Made by a program: the position numbers and the translations under genes
Origin: a virus
Lineage: Duplodnaviria; Heunggongvirae; Uroviricota; Caudoviricetes
DNA: 64,000 bases
Virus record (IMG/VR): IMGVR_UViG_3300042975_000097
Strand: one strand, 5' to 3'
Notes under the pieces: model-generated
Told to the model about the DNA's origin: nothing
Databases searched by the model: none
Seen by the model: the letters and a program-made list of their open reading frames with translations, nothing else
In this document: one piece after another, positions 9,821-19,443 of the stretch
Layout: each line of letters begins with the position of its first letter
Position numbering within the stretch: the stretch's first letter is position 1

Positions 9821-10939
9821 CCACGATGACCAACACAAGAGGACACGGCGGCACGGCCGCCGACCTTATCGACGTGCTCAACGAGCGTGTGCGCGCGCTC
9901 GGACGTGGAGCGCCAGCGCTCGCGGGCGGTGGTACCACTCTTATCGTCGACCCGGAACCGTGGTCGAACGCGCGGCTGGAGGACATGCTGCGCGTCGTGG
10001 ACGCTGACTTCACGCCGAGATTGTCGGAGCGTTCGGGCATGCGTCATGACCTGGCGGCGCCCGCGTTCGATGGCGATGGCGTCCGCGCCTACCTCGGCTC
10101 ACTGGAACGCGAGCGCGCGGTCGCGCTCATCGCCATGGCCGGTGACGTCGCGTTGGCGGTCGCCGTCATGATACGCGAGCCCGGTGAACTGTACGTGGCG
10201 CTGATGGCCACGATGCCGGCCGCCCGCGGTCTCGGTCTCATGACGTCCATGTACGAGGTCATCGAGGACGTGGCCGATCACATGGCGCTGCCAGTTCACC
10301 TGCGCACGTCCAGCGAGAACGGGGCGCAGGTCCACATTCTCACGAAGCGCGGTTACGAGCGCGCGTTCACGCAGGAGCATCATCGTGGACCAGGCGTTCA
10401 CACGGTTCACTGGCGGAGATCGCCGGTGGCGGTCGATGACGATACGAGGGGGGCGGGCATGATCGAGTGGTTGAGGGATCATGTCAAGGGGGTCGATGAC
10501 GATCGGCTGGCCGAACTGGTCGCATGGGTGGGCCGGCAACGTGATATCGACCCGACAGTTGGCGCAGCCGGCGACAGGTGGGCGGTGGTCATCGCCGAGC
10601 ATAACGGTCAGGTGGGCGGTGGTCATCGCCGAGCATAACGGTCAGGTGGACATCACTGTGGCCGATGGCGGCACGGCCGCGCGGTTTGCGTTGGCGACGG
10701 GCGCGGGCGCGATTGACGACATCGTGACGCTCGATGATGATGGCGCGGCGCGGCTGCGGCGTTTCGAGGAAGTCTGCGCGGAATCGGTGGACGCGCATGA
10801 TTACGATTGGTCGCCGGCGTTCGACGGCGGCGCCGAGCGGTTATCGGTGACGTTGACGGTATCGTTCACCTCGATGGGCGAACTGTTCAAGGCATCGGAA
10901 TCGCCGACCTGCTGGTCTCGGCTGCGGGCGAACCTGTAA
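9817..10939 (+). pseudogene. hypothetical protein gene (weak GNAT-like ARGLGL motif) disrupted by a 34-bp tandem duplication
   Basis: ORFs 9817-10638 and 10481-10939 are in different frames. Removing one 34-bp copy restores a single frame: ...RWAVVIAEHNGQVDITVADGG.... Confidence 0.55.
10575..10642 (+). repeat. perfect 34-bp tandem duplication (CAGGTGGGCGGTGGTCATCGCCGAGCATAACGGT x2)
   Basis: Copies at 10575-10608 and 10609-10642, a partial third start CAGGTGGA at 10643. 34 is not a multiple of 3, so it frameshifts the gene. Confidence 0.9.
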
Positions 10940-10956
10940 TCGCCGGGTCGTCGGCG

Positions 10957-11095
10957 CGCGCTGTAAGCCACGTAGAACGACGAATCACGGTTTTGTGACC
11001 GTGGCATCGAAAAAGCCGTTTTTCGCACGGCGTTGAGAAAATACGCTCATACGATAAGTAAACGCTTGCCGTGTGAACGTAATCGACGTAGAGCG
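10957..11095 (+). repeat. copy A of a ~140-bp structured intergenic repeat family (GCTGTAAGCCACGTAGAAC...AATCGACGTAGAGCG)
   Basis: Near-identical to 33652-33790 and to the reverse complement of 19264-19412. Internal hairpins CACGGT-tttgtga-ACCGTG, CGAAAAA-gcc-GTTTTTCG, and ACGCTCATACG...CGTRTGARCGT with G-U compatible changes. Confidence 0.7.
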
Positions 11096-11209
11096 ATGCC
11101 ACGGCGTCGCGGAAAACAGTCCCCGCCCCGTTCGCGTCATCGCCGGCGTGTCGTTGGCGTTCATGGTGTTATCATGATGATAGTGAACAACCACGCAGGA
11201 GGTATGAAC

Positions 11210-11566
11210 ATGAGCATCGATGAACTTTTCGAGAACGTCATCGCCGGTCCCGAGCGTTATTACGCCGCCGTCGCCGATGGCAACACCGTCATCGTGTACC
11301 GCGAGATCATCGACGATACGTCGGTATCCGACTCCGAGTTCGAGATGCGGCGGGTGACCGCCGTCGACCCGGTTCACGGGTACTCCGGGATGAAACCACT
11401 CACCCCGTGGCTTCTCGTCGCCGCCGATGACATCGATTACGCGCCCGGGTCCAACATCGATGACATCACGTACCTCATGAGCAGCGTCGCAGCAGCCGAC
11501 GATGGCGACGATGGCGAGTACTTCGCGGATAAACTGCGAGAGGCACGCAAGATGCTCATGTTCTGA
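11210..11566 (+). CDS. hypothetical acidic protein
   Basis: RBS AGGAGG 8 nt before the ATG at 11210 (MSIDELFENV...); 118 aa. Confidence 0.45.
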   Translation: MSIDELFENVIAGPERYYAAVADGNTVIVYREIIDDTSVSDSEFEMRRVTAVDPVHGYSGMKPLTPWLLVAADDIDYAPGSNIDDITYLMSSVAAADDGDDGEYFADKLREARKMLMF

Positions 11567-11665
11567 TGACGCTCGCCGGCGATGGTCGGCGATAATGCGG
11601 GGCTGATGATCATCACATCGTGATGGCGTCGGCCCCGTTTGCGTGCACGGTCGCTGGCGTGCCGG

Positions 11666-12832
11666 TCAGTGCGATTTCACCGATGATCGGCGCTCCCCGG
11701 TCTTCAACGCGGACATCGCGCTCAGGTCATCGATGTCACGGCGCAGCGTATCCATGGTCGAATCGTCGCCCAGCACGTCCAGTGACGCGCTCATCTCGCG
11801 TATCATGGACTCGTAATCCTTGATTGTTCGTTCCATCGTCGTCGCGTCGGCATCGTCGGCGGTGCCCAGCAGTCCGATTTCAGCTGCCATTCGCCGGCGG
11901 AGGCCCGACAGGTTGCCACTGAGCAGCCGACGATCCGCCGACTGATCGGGCAGCACCGTGCGCAGTCGGTCGGCGAGGACGGTCACCTCGTCCATGAGCG
12001 AGCGCAGCCGTCGGCGCGCGTCGGCGCTCGCGCCCTCGTCCGAGCTCACTGACGGGCTGTTTGGAGCGGGTTCGGCGAAGGTGGCCGGTTGCGTGACTGG
12101 TTCCGTCATCGCGAGTTCCCTGCCGAGCTCCTGCCAGCGCGGCGTCTCGATGCATTCGTAGAGCCATTCGCCATGTTTGAACTTGGTGCGGGCGGTGTCC
12201 AGTATCTCGCATGCCTTCTCGGGAAGCTTGTCGGAGTCGATCATGACCGAGAACCCGTTATATGCGATGACGTTATCAGTGTCGATGCCGTCGATGTCGC
12301 TTCCGAACCGTGATCGGAACCATGCCCGGTCGGCCCACGCGGGAACATCATCCCCGCCAGTGTATGCGGCGAACATCGGGTGCCGCTTGGTTCTAAGGGC
12401 CCTCGGCAGGAAACGGCCCGGTGTGTTCAATCGCGTGTCGGTAATGGAAGCGCGGATGAGAGGTCGGGCCACTGCGCCCGGGGTCAGTCCCCGTTTTTTC
12501 AGCGCCCTCCGGATTCCCGTTTTACGAATAAGAGCATTAACCCACGCCACTACCGACGTAATGAAAAAGAACAGAGCCGGCACGCCGAACACGAGAACCA
12601 GAGCCAGGTTAGTCAGGTTAATCGGATCGCATGTGGATAATATGAGCGTTATGGCGATACTCGTTAGCATTATGCCGATAAACACGACATTATTGGCATT
12701 ATCAAGCCACATTCTACGGACATCCGGTATCGCGTCGAAATCAGCGTACCGTACCTGCTCATCATCATTATCGCTCATGACCACCATGATAGCATGGTGC
12801 CGCCCACGATCGCCGACGCCGTTCGCCGACAT
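11666..12832 (-). CDS. hypothetical membrane protein (2 TM helices)
   Basis: 388-aa ORF with hydrophobic stretches VVFIGIMLTSIAITLIL and LALVLVFGVPALFFFITSVVAWV. Start uncertain. Confidence 0.5.
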   Translation of the reverse strand: MSANGVGDRGRHHAIMVVMSDNDDEQVRYADFDAIPDVRRMWLDNANNVVFIGIMLTSIAITLILSTCDPINLTNLALVLVFGVPALFFFITSVVAWVNALIRKTGIRRALKKRGLTPGAVARPLIRASITDTRLNTPGRFLPRALRTKRHPMFAAYTGGDDVPAWADRAWFRSRFGSDIDGIDTDNVIAYNGFSVMIDSDKLPEKACEILDTARTKFKHGEWLYECIETPRWQELGRELAMTEPVTQPATFAEPAPNSPSVSSDEGASADARRRLRSLMDEVTVLADRLRTVLPDQSADRRLLSGNLSGLRRRMAAEIGLLGTADDADATTMERTIKDYESMIREMSASLDVLGDDSTMDTLRRDIDDLSAMSALKTGERRSSVKSH

Positions 12833-13106
12833 GCTACCCGATCAGGCCGAGTGCGGCTATGCGCCGCGCCACTGGGGGTCGAAGTCCACGCCGGCGGCGG
12901 CGGCCATGTCGGCGGGATCGGCGGCGTTCGCCCACATCGCCATCGCCAGGCGCGCCGCATGGCGTGGGTTATCGCCGCCCGCCCAGAGTCGTGCCGTACT
13001 CCCGCCGCCGACGATGACGGTGTGCCCATGCCCATGCGAGCGTCGCCCGTCGATGTTAGATTGGTCATGGTGAACAAATGACATGGGTATGGATTCGGAG
13101 GTCAAA

Positions 13107-13928
13107 ATGGCTGGAAGCAATGATTGCTGGCACGTGGTGACTCGCGGCAAGCACAAGGGCGACGTGGCGAAGTGCCGGAGCAACCCGTGCTCGCTCCACT
13201 CGTCGTCCGAGCACATCCACGCGGATTCCAGGCAGGCCGCGCAGGAGGTCGCCGAGCAGCGGGCGGCGGCCGCCATCGATACGAAGTCGCTGTCGAAGTC
13301 GACCCACAGTCATGACACGATCGAGACGTTCGCCGCCCGCATGGAGGATTACGATAAGAGACTCCATGACGTCGCGTCATACGGTTACAGCGCCGACGGC
13401 CTTCAGAACGGTGACGAGGCGTACCGCATCGATGAGGGCACCTACGTCAGCGAGGATGATTTCAACAAGATCATGCCGGATGAGAACGAGCGTTTGAAGT
13501 ACATGCTCTGGGCGAACGGCGGCATCGAGGACGGCAACGAGGACCTCGTCAACTCGGCTGACGCTCACGCCCTTTCCGGCGCGGTGTCCGACATGTTCGA
13601 CTCGGATGGCGCGGATAACGCGTACTTCACCGAGATCGACGATGCCGATTTCGACGCCCCGGAAGAAGACGAGCCGGAGGAAGACGAGCCGGACCGCATG
13701 TATTCGATGAAGCGGGAGGCGGTCGACGCGGTGATCACCGACGCCATCGAGGCGAACGGGAACGCGCGCGCCGACGAGTACGACATGGATGCCATTACCG
13801 ATGCCGTCATCGAGACGCGAACCGATGCCAACGGCCGCGTATCGTACGCCCAGAAGCGCGGTCTTGACACCGATGGATTCTGGGACGTGGTACAGCGGAA
13901 CGCGAAGGACGATGGCCCGCAGTCATGA
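13107..13928 (+). CDS. hypothetical acidic protein with N-terminal Cys/His motif
   Basis: RBS GGAGG, then ATG at 13107. N-terminus CWHVVTRGKHKGDVAKCRSNPCSLHSSSEH resembles the N-terminus of the 23196-24431 protein. Confidence 0.5.
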   Translation: MAGSNDCWHVVTRGKHKGDVAKCRSNPCSLHSSSEHIHADSRQAAQEVAEQRAAAAIDTKSLSKSTHSHDTIETFAARMEDYDKRLHDVASYGYSADGLQNGDEAYRIDEGTYVSEDDFNKIMPDENERLKYMLWANGGIEDGNEDLVNSADAHALSGAVSDMFDSDGADNAYFTEIDDADFDAPEEDEPEEDEPDRMYSMKREAVDAVITDAIEANGNARADEYDMDAITDAVIETRTDANGRVSYAQKRGLDTDGFWDVVQRNAKDDGPQS

Positions 13929-14096
13929 TGCGGCTGTGCTTACGGTCGGCGTGGAGCATTCGTTCCTCGCCGATGACTATGACGGTCTTCCGTTGAACCG
14001 GCCGTCATCGCGAGCGCCCGCCGACAGGATGTGAACCTTGTCGGCGGGCGCTCGCATGATCGCTGGCGATGATGACGTCGCCGGCAGCGCTCGGCG

Positions 14097-14583
14097 TCAG
14101 TGGGCGGCGCGTTTCAACGGTGTGAGCCGGTTCGCGGTGATGTTATACGCGTACACGGTCACCTTGTTGCCCTTGCGGGCGAGAATGCCCATTTGCGGTT
14201 TGCCATCGCCAACGAAGTACGTGATGGACGTGCTGCCCGACTGTGCCCCCGATTGAAGCACACGCATGACATCGCTGGGCTTCGAGATGGTGATGCCGTA
14301 TGCGTTGGAAACGGCATCGAAGTTATTCGATTCCTTAACGATGTCACCACCTAATACGCCGATCGCACATATCATGGCTACACCGATCGCCGCGATTTTC
14401 GATAACTGCAGGGTCATCGTCGGGCGTCGCTTGCCATGGGTCATGACATGGATCAACCAAGTGATTCCTACGAGAAAGACAAACATCACCGCACTGATAA
14501 GCCCGACGAGCACGAACGGTTGCGAGGCCTGCGCGCCGAGAAAGCCTTGCGGGTACTGTGAAATGGTTACTGGATCGGTCATG
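14097..14583 (-). CDS. hypothetical membrane protein
   Basis: RBS AAGGGG before ATG (MTDPVTISQ...). Two hydrophobic helices. Confidence 0.45.
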
Positions 14584-14709
14584 ATATGACCCCTTTCAAT
14601 CGGTTTGGCATTCACCGCTGTTCGCACCATCATCATGATGCCGATGACGGTGATGACGTCGCCAGCGAGTCGGAGTCAGCGAAACGGCGGCGAACGATGC
14701 CGCCCGCGA

Positions 14710-15579
14710 TCACGACCAGCGGCCGGTGTTGTAATCGATGGCGTGCCCGTTCGCGTAGTTCCACACGACCACATGCTGATCGATGCTCCCATCGCTGCTC
14801 CTGACGTCCACCGTGGCGCCGCGGGCGACGATCTCGTTGCCGAAGTAGATGGGATTCACGTAGTACAGCACGGTCGCCCCGTGATTCGCCTTGAGCAGGT
14901 TGCGCACCTCGGTCTCCGTGAACGCCATGCCGCCGGGGTTGGCGGAGTTGTCGCCGACGTTCTGCGTGCGCGTCCCCGTGATGATGTTCTTCCTCGATGA
15001 CGCGCCGCCCAGCGAGTCCGCTATCAGATGCGAGCGGTTATAGAAGTAGCCGCGGTACGAGCGGCCGTTGTCAAGCGCTATCGTCGTCTCATGGTTATTG
15101 CTGCGCCCGTCGGCGTACCAGCCGCTGACGCCGCTGACGTCCGCGTCGAACTTCGCCCGCCAGCCGGCCGACTTCTCGTACATGTCATACGTGAGGTTGC
15201 CGTGCGCGTACCCGGTTCGCCCAAGACCGTCGATGCCCTGATAATCGACTGTTCCGGCAGCCACGGGGGCGTCTGGGAGAACGGCCTTGCCGGTGACCTT
15301 GTAGTAGTTCGGCGCGATGTCGTTCGACCACGCCGACAGCATCGTGGCGTCGCTGGTCGGCGCCGCCGACGATTGCGGGCTGGTAGGCTTCGCGGACGGC
15401 GAGGTCTGCGCGTCCGTCGATGATGATGACGGCGCTGATGCCGACGCTCCGCCCGCGATCGTTGACGATTGCCCGCCCATGTCGGCGGTGTCGGCGCACG
15501 CGCTCATCCCCGCCATCATCGCGATGGCGGCGATCGCCGACGCGATGCGCGCGATTCCCATGCCCGTTGCTCTCCTCAT
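14710..15579 (-). CDS. secreted/lipoprotein DNA/RNA non-specific endonuclease (NucA/EndA-like, Endonuclease_NS_2-type)
   Basis: Signal peptide with lipobox-like MMAGMSAC. Ser/Ala-rich linker. Motif NRSHLIADSLGG resembling the DRGHL nuclease motif. Confidence 0.5.
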   Translation of the reverse strand: MRRATGMGIARIASAIAAIAMMAGMSACADTADMGGQSSTIAGGASASAPSSSSTDAQTSPSAKPTSPQSSAAPTSDATMLSAWSNDIAPNYYKVTGKAVLPDAPVAAGTVDYQGIDGLGRTGYAHGNLTYDMYEKSAGWRAKFDADVSGVSGWYADGRSNNHETTIALDNGRSYRGYFYNRSHLIADSLGGASSRKNIITGTRTQNVGDNSANPGGMAFTETEVRNLLKANHGATVLYYVNPIYFGNEIVARGATVDVRSSDGSIDQHVVVWNYANGHAIDYNTGRWS

Positions 15580-15792
15580 AACCGATTCTCCCTCATTGTC
15601 CGTCTCGTCGGCGTGCGCCGGCGGCTGTCTTCACCCATCATGATACACGATTAGCCGATAGGAAACGCCGGCGGCCGGCGGTCACCGCATACGAATCGAC
15701 TGGTCATGACCTGGTTGCGACCGGTCGGCGTGACCGTGCTCACTCGCCGACGGCGTTCCTTGTCATCCCCGTGAGATCGTTCTGGGTCCTGC

Positions 15793-16757
15793 TCATGATC
15801 TTGCCCGTTTCCTTGTTGTTCCAAGGTTCTGACTATCCTCGCTGGCATGACCGGTGCGGGCGCGCAGCCGGGCCATGACCGCGCGGGATTGCTCCGCATT
15901 CAACGTGGACACGGCCGACGGTATCGCTGACGGTTCGATGATATTCTGAAGCGCGTCGATGACCGTGCTTGCCGACGGGTCCTTGAGTTGCGTTGCGGTG
16001 ATGAGATGGGAGGCTGATGTCGGGATCGAACCGAAATCCCGTACCTGTTGTAACACCAGGTCGATGGCGTCATCACGCGACACGAACGTCGGCGTACCGG
16101 CGTTCTCGTGGATATAGGCCACCTCCCCATTCCTTTTTATGCGGGACCAGCCATCGGGTGCGGCGTCGACCCTCGCATGACATCTCCTGAGCAAGCGGCG
16201 CATTGCCGATGATAAGCGAACTCGAACCGGAGTTCCTCCCGCATTGGTAATGGCGGCTCCCATGCTGTCTATGACGCGCCGCCCCGGAATGTCGTCGTGG
16301 GCGGCGGCGCCACCGGCAATAACCACTATACCAGTGAGGAAACCGAGGAGCGGATACTCAGAGCCGGTTACACCCAATATGGTTGTACCGAGCACGATGG
16401 CGACTCCGCTAACGAGCATCGCGTGCGACAAATAGTTATGTCCGGATAAATCATAGAACGGCCCGATCGCCTTCGGTTCGTCCTCGATGAGTTCATCGCT
16501 GACTGCACCGCTATGGTAGAAGTACCGAACCGACTTGCCTTCCATTTTCTCGGTTCTCACCCAGTAGCACGGATCATCGATATGCCCGAGTTCACGGGCC
16601 TTTCTGTTCACGGCATCATCATCGGGGAGCAACCCGCCGCTGATGATATACCCGCGCTCACCGTCGGCGTTCTCGTACTCGTGGTACGTCCACCTGCCGT
16701 GGTCATCGTTCTCCTCATTACTGGTCATATGCTTCTCCTCACTACTGCTGCTGGTCA
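15793..16757 (-). CDS. hypothetical membrane protein, paralog 1 (conserved N-terminal WTYHEYENADG..GYIISGGLLPDDDAVNRKARELG)
   Basis: Start taken at MTSSSSEEKH (ATG ~16757). Shares N- and C-terminal motifs with the adjacent gene. Confidence 0.5.
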
Positions 16758-16765
16758 TAACGTGC

Positions 16766-17722
16766 TCACTCTGGTACTCGTGTGCGCAGTCGAGCCATGA
16801 CCGAGCGTGACTGCTCCGGGGTGAGCGTCTCCACTGCGGGCGGCACCGACGAGAACCCCACGATACCGCGCAGAGCATCCTCGACGGCCGCCGCGGATGG
16901 TTCTACGATCTTGATTTCATGAACGCTTCGCGGGCTATCATAGGCGTAGTTAACGGTTCGAGAGCGATCATAGGCGTAGTCGTTCGTCTTACCGGCAATG
17001 ATGTCGGCGGCCTCGTCCTCTCCGATTGCGGTGGGCGTACCTGAATGCTCGTGAACATATACAACGGTATCACCGCGGACGATGCGGCGCCAGCCCTTGG
17101 GCGATTCGCCGACAGGGATGTGAAGACGTCGCAGGGTACGCCGAACGGCGATCGACAGGAGCGTGCGGAACGGCACGGCCATGTTGTTCATGATGGATGA
17201 GCCAGCATCGTCAATGACACGGTGTGGCTTACCATCACCATCCGACTCATATAGCAACCCCGCTAACCCGATGAACGTGAGGCTCAGAACAAAAGTGATG
17301 ACGGAAACGGCGCAGACAACGGGATTGGGGATGAATATTGGCAAATAAATCGATGCGCTACCGAGGACTCCACTGAGATAGGTTGGCTTCATCCACTGGT
17401 CGATTCCATGTAGTTTGAGATCATAGAACGCGCCAACCGACTGCCGTTCCCTACCCATCAGGAACCTGCTAATCCCACCGGTGTAGTATAGGTACCTGGT
17501 AGCCACCCAGCCCATCTCCCTGTCGCGCAACGGGACCCTCTTCCACTTAGTGTCAGGATTCGGGAATCCGAGTTCACGCGCCTTGCGGTTCACGGCATCA
17601 TCATCGGGAAGCAGGCCACCGCTGATGATATACCCATGCTGACCGTCGGCGTTCTCGTACTCATGGTACGTCCACTTGCCGTAATCGTCGTTGCCGGTTT
17701 TCTTCTTGCTCATACGATTCAT
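16766..17722 (-). CDS. hypothetical membrane protein, paralog 2
   Basis: Start MNRMSKKKTGNDDYGKWTYHEYENADGQHGYIISGG. Tandem paralog of 15793-16757. Confidence 0.5.
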   Translation of the reverse strand: MNRMSKKKTGNDDYGKWTYHEYENADGQHGYIISGGLLPDDDAVNRKARELGFPNPDTKWKRVPLRDREMGWVATRYLYYTGGISRFLMGRERQSVGAFYDLKLHGIDQWMKPTYLSGVLGSASIYLPIFIPNPVVCAVSVITFVLSLTFIGLAGLLYESDGDGKPHRVIDDAGSSIMNNMAVPFRTLLSIAVRRTLRRLHIPVGESPKGWRRIVRGDTVVYVHEHSGTPTAIGEDEAADIIAGKTNDYAYDRSRTVNYAYDSPRSVHEIKIVEPSAAAVEDALRGIVGFSSVPPAVETLTPEQSRSVMARLRTRVPE

Positions 17723-18027
17723 GATAACACGTCCACGAGCATTCATCCCCGTCAACGACGAATGCCGATTCCATCACGCGCAATCATCGTCTCCGTATAC
17801 TGTTCACGTCATCGTCATCGGCGAGCAGACAGCCGCTAACGATATACCCATGCTGCCCGTTCGTGACTTACTCGTGGTACATCCACTTTTGTCGTGATTA
17901 TCATCGCTAGTTCTCTTCTCCCATACCGCCCATGAATAGCACGGTAATCTGGGCGGTTACCGTCGGCGGTATGCGCTCAGATCAACTCCACGGGCAGGTC
18001 ACCGACCAGCACCGTATCAATGACCGG

Positions 18028-18180
18028 CTTAAACCCCCACGAGTGTGGGGAATGTACACGGGCTCTCTCCTCGCCCGTGAATCCAACCAGAATCAACCCC
18101 ACTAGTGTGGGGAATGTGGTATCTCGTCATCGATGCGCGCCGAGTAGCCCTGGGATCAACCCCACGAGTGTGGGGAATGT
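18028..18180 (-). CRISPR. orphan CRISPR-like mini-array (3 repeats, 2 spacers), no cas genes nearby
   Basis: Repeats cttAAaCCCCCACGAGTGTGGGGAATGT (18028-18055), aATCAACCCCACtAGTGTGGGGAATGT (18090-18117), gATCAACCCCACGAGTGTGGGGAATGT (18153-18180). Period 62-63 bp, spacers 36-37 bp. Internal palindrome CCCCAC-gagt-GTGGGG. The first repeat is degenerate and an AT-rich leader-like region (18181-18290) lies on the right, suggesting minus-strand transcription. Confidence 0.4.
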
Positions 18181-18456
18181 AGTAGCAAAACCGATATGTA
18201 ACAGTTATCATGCCCGGTTATTCTCTACTAGAGAAAACAACTGACTTACAGGATATAATATCATTATACCACATGTTCAGATTATGGGTCACCTATGTCT
18301 ACGGAAGTAGGCGTTATTCTGGTGAACTGTCCTTCCATAGACGGTCATTGGCGTTCCGACCCTATTATGGTGTATGATTTCGCGCAGACCGTCATCGATG
18401 GCGCGCGACCGACATCGTGAGTGCAATATTCCATCAGGCGAGAACAGTTCGCGGAC

Positions 18457-18467
18457 GGGGGGGGGGG
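18457..18467 (+). repeat. homopolymeric G11 tract 8 nt upstream of ATG 18475
   Basis: GCGGAC-GGGGGGGGGGG-ACATCAT-ATG. Candidate slipped-strand phase-variation site in the RBS/5' region. Confidence 0.9.
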
Positions 18468-18474
18468 ACATCAT

Positions 18475-19044
18475 ATGAGCAGCATAATCACACATGAACC
18501 GGGCGGCACGGCCGCAGCCGGGGTCACGTCGACGATCGCGCGCCCGTCTGCGCCGAGCGGTTGGCGGCACGGCGCCGCGTGGACGTACGGCGTCATGCTC
18601 GCGGCGTCCGCCGTCGCGTTGTTCGTGTCGTTCATCCTCTCCGCGGAGACCCTACAACTGGCGCGACACCCGAGGCAATCGCTCAGCCGCGACATCAACG
18701 CAGTGCTCTCATGCTCGGCGGCCGCCGGCTCATGGCGGTCGGAGATCGTGAAACTGGGGACGCTGAGCGTGCCGAAGGCGTTCATAGGCATCGCCGCCGA
18801 GTCGGTCCTCGTCACGCTCGCCGTTCTCGGCATGATCCGCGTCAGCGTGCCGAGGTGGTTCACCGTGTGTACGTGGCTAGGCGGGCTGGCGGCGCTCGCG
18901 TACGGCCTACTGGCTGTTCAGCCAGTCCATGTTCGTCATTCAGGCGTTGTGTCCGTGGTGCCTTGTGCTTATGTTCTCCACGACCGTCCAGTTCATGGCG
19001 TTGTCGCACGCGACCGTCACCGTCCGCCGCGTTCCCGGCCATGA
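18475..19044 (+). CDS. hypothetical membrane protein
   Basis: MSSIITHEPGG... with several TM helices. A GTG at 18421 is in frame through the G tract, so the start is ambiguous. Confidence 0.45.
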   Translation: MSSIITHEPGGTAAAGVTSTIARPSAPSGWRHGAAWTYGVMLAASAVALFVSFILSAETLQLARHPRQSLSRDINAVLSCSAAAGSWRSEIVKLGTLSVPKAFIGIAAESVLVTLAVLGMIRVSVPRWFTVCTWLGGLAALAYGLLAVQPVHVRHSGVVSVVPCAYVLHDRPVHGVVARDRHRPPRSRP

Positions 19045-19263
19045 CCATCACCCCGTGGCGTCAAGACGGCTGGACGCGTATTATCGTCTTCGTTATGACC
19101 TCATGGTCGATGTGGTCGTAGTGCTCGCGCTCGCGGCCATCATACTGGTGCGCGATGGCGCCGCCATATTCCGATGAATCACGGGCACGCACGCACTGGC
19201 CAGCGCCGTTCGCGGTCGTGGCCGGTCGGTGGGGACGATAACGCCGCCGGCTACCGATCACGA

Positions 19264-19412
19264 TGACGCTCTACGTCGATTACGCTCACACGACAAGTAA
19301 ACGCTTGCCGTATGAGCGTATTTTTTGTGTGACGTCGTGAAAACGGCGTTTTCGATGTGACCATCGCAAAACAGTATTCTGTCGTTCTACGTGGCTTACA
19401 GCGCGCGTGGCT
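19264..19412 (-). repeat. copy C of the ~140-bp structured repeat (inverted), abutting the Dcm promoter
   Basis: Reverse complement matches copy A (...GCTGTAAGCCACGTAGAACGAC...AATACGCTCATACGG...CGTGTGAGCGTAATCGACGTAGAGCG). Confidence 0.7.
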
Positions 19413-19443
19413 CACTGCCCGCGCAAGTTGATATAATGCCCGT

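Noticed and set aside
17980-17994. Possible fourth degenerate CRISPR repeat (GATCAACTCCACGGG)
   Set aside because: Matches only the first 13-15 nt. It is 50 bp rather than 62-63 bp from the next repeat.
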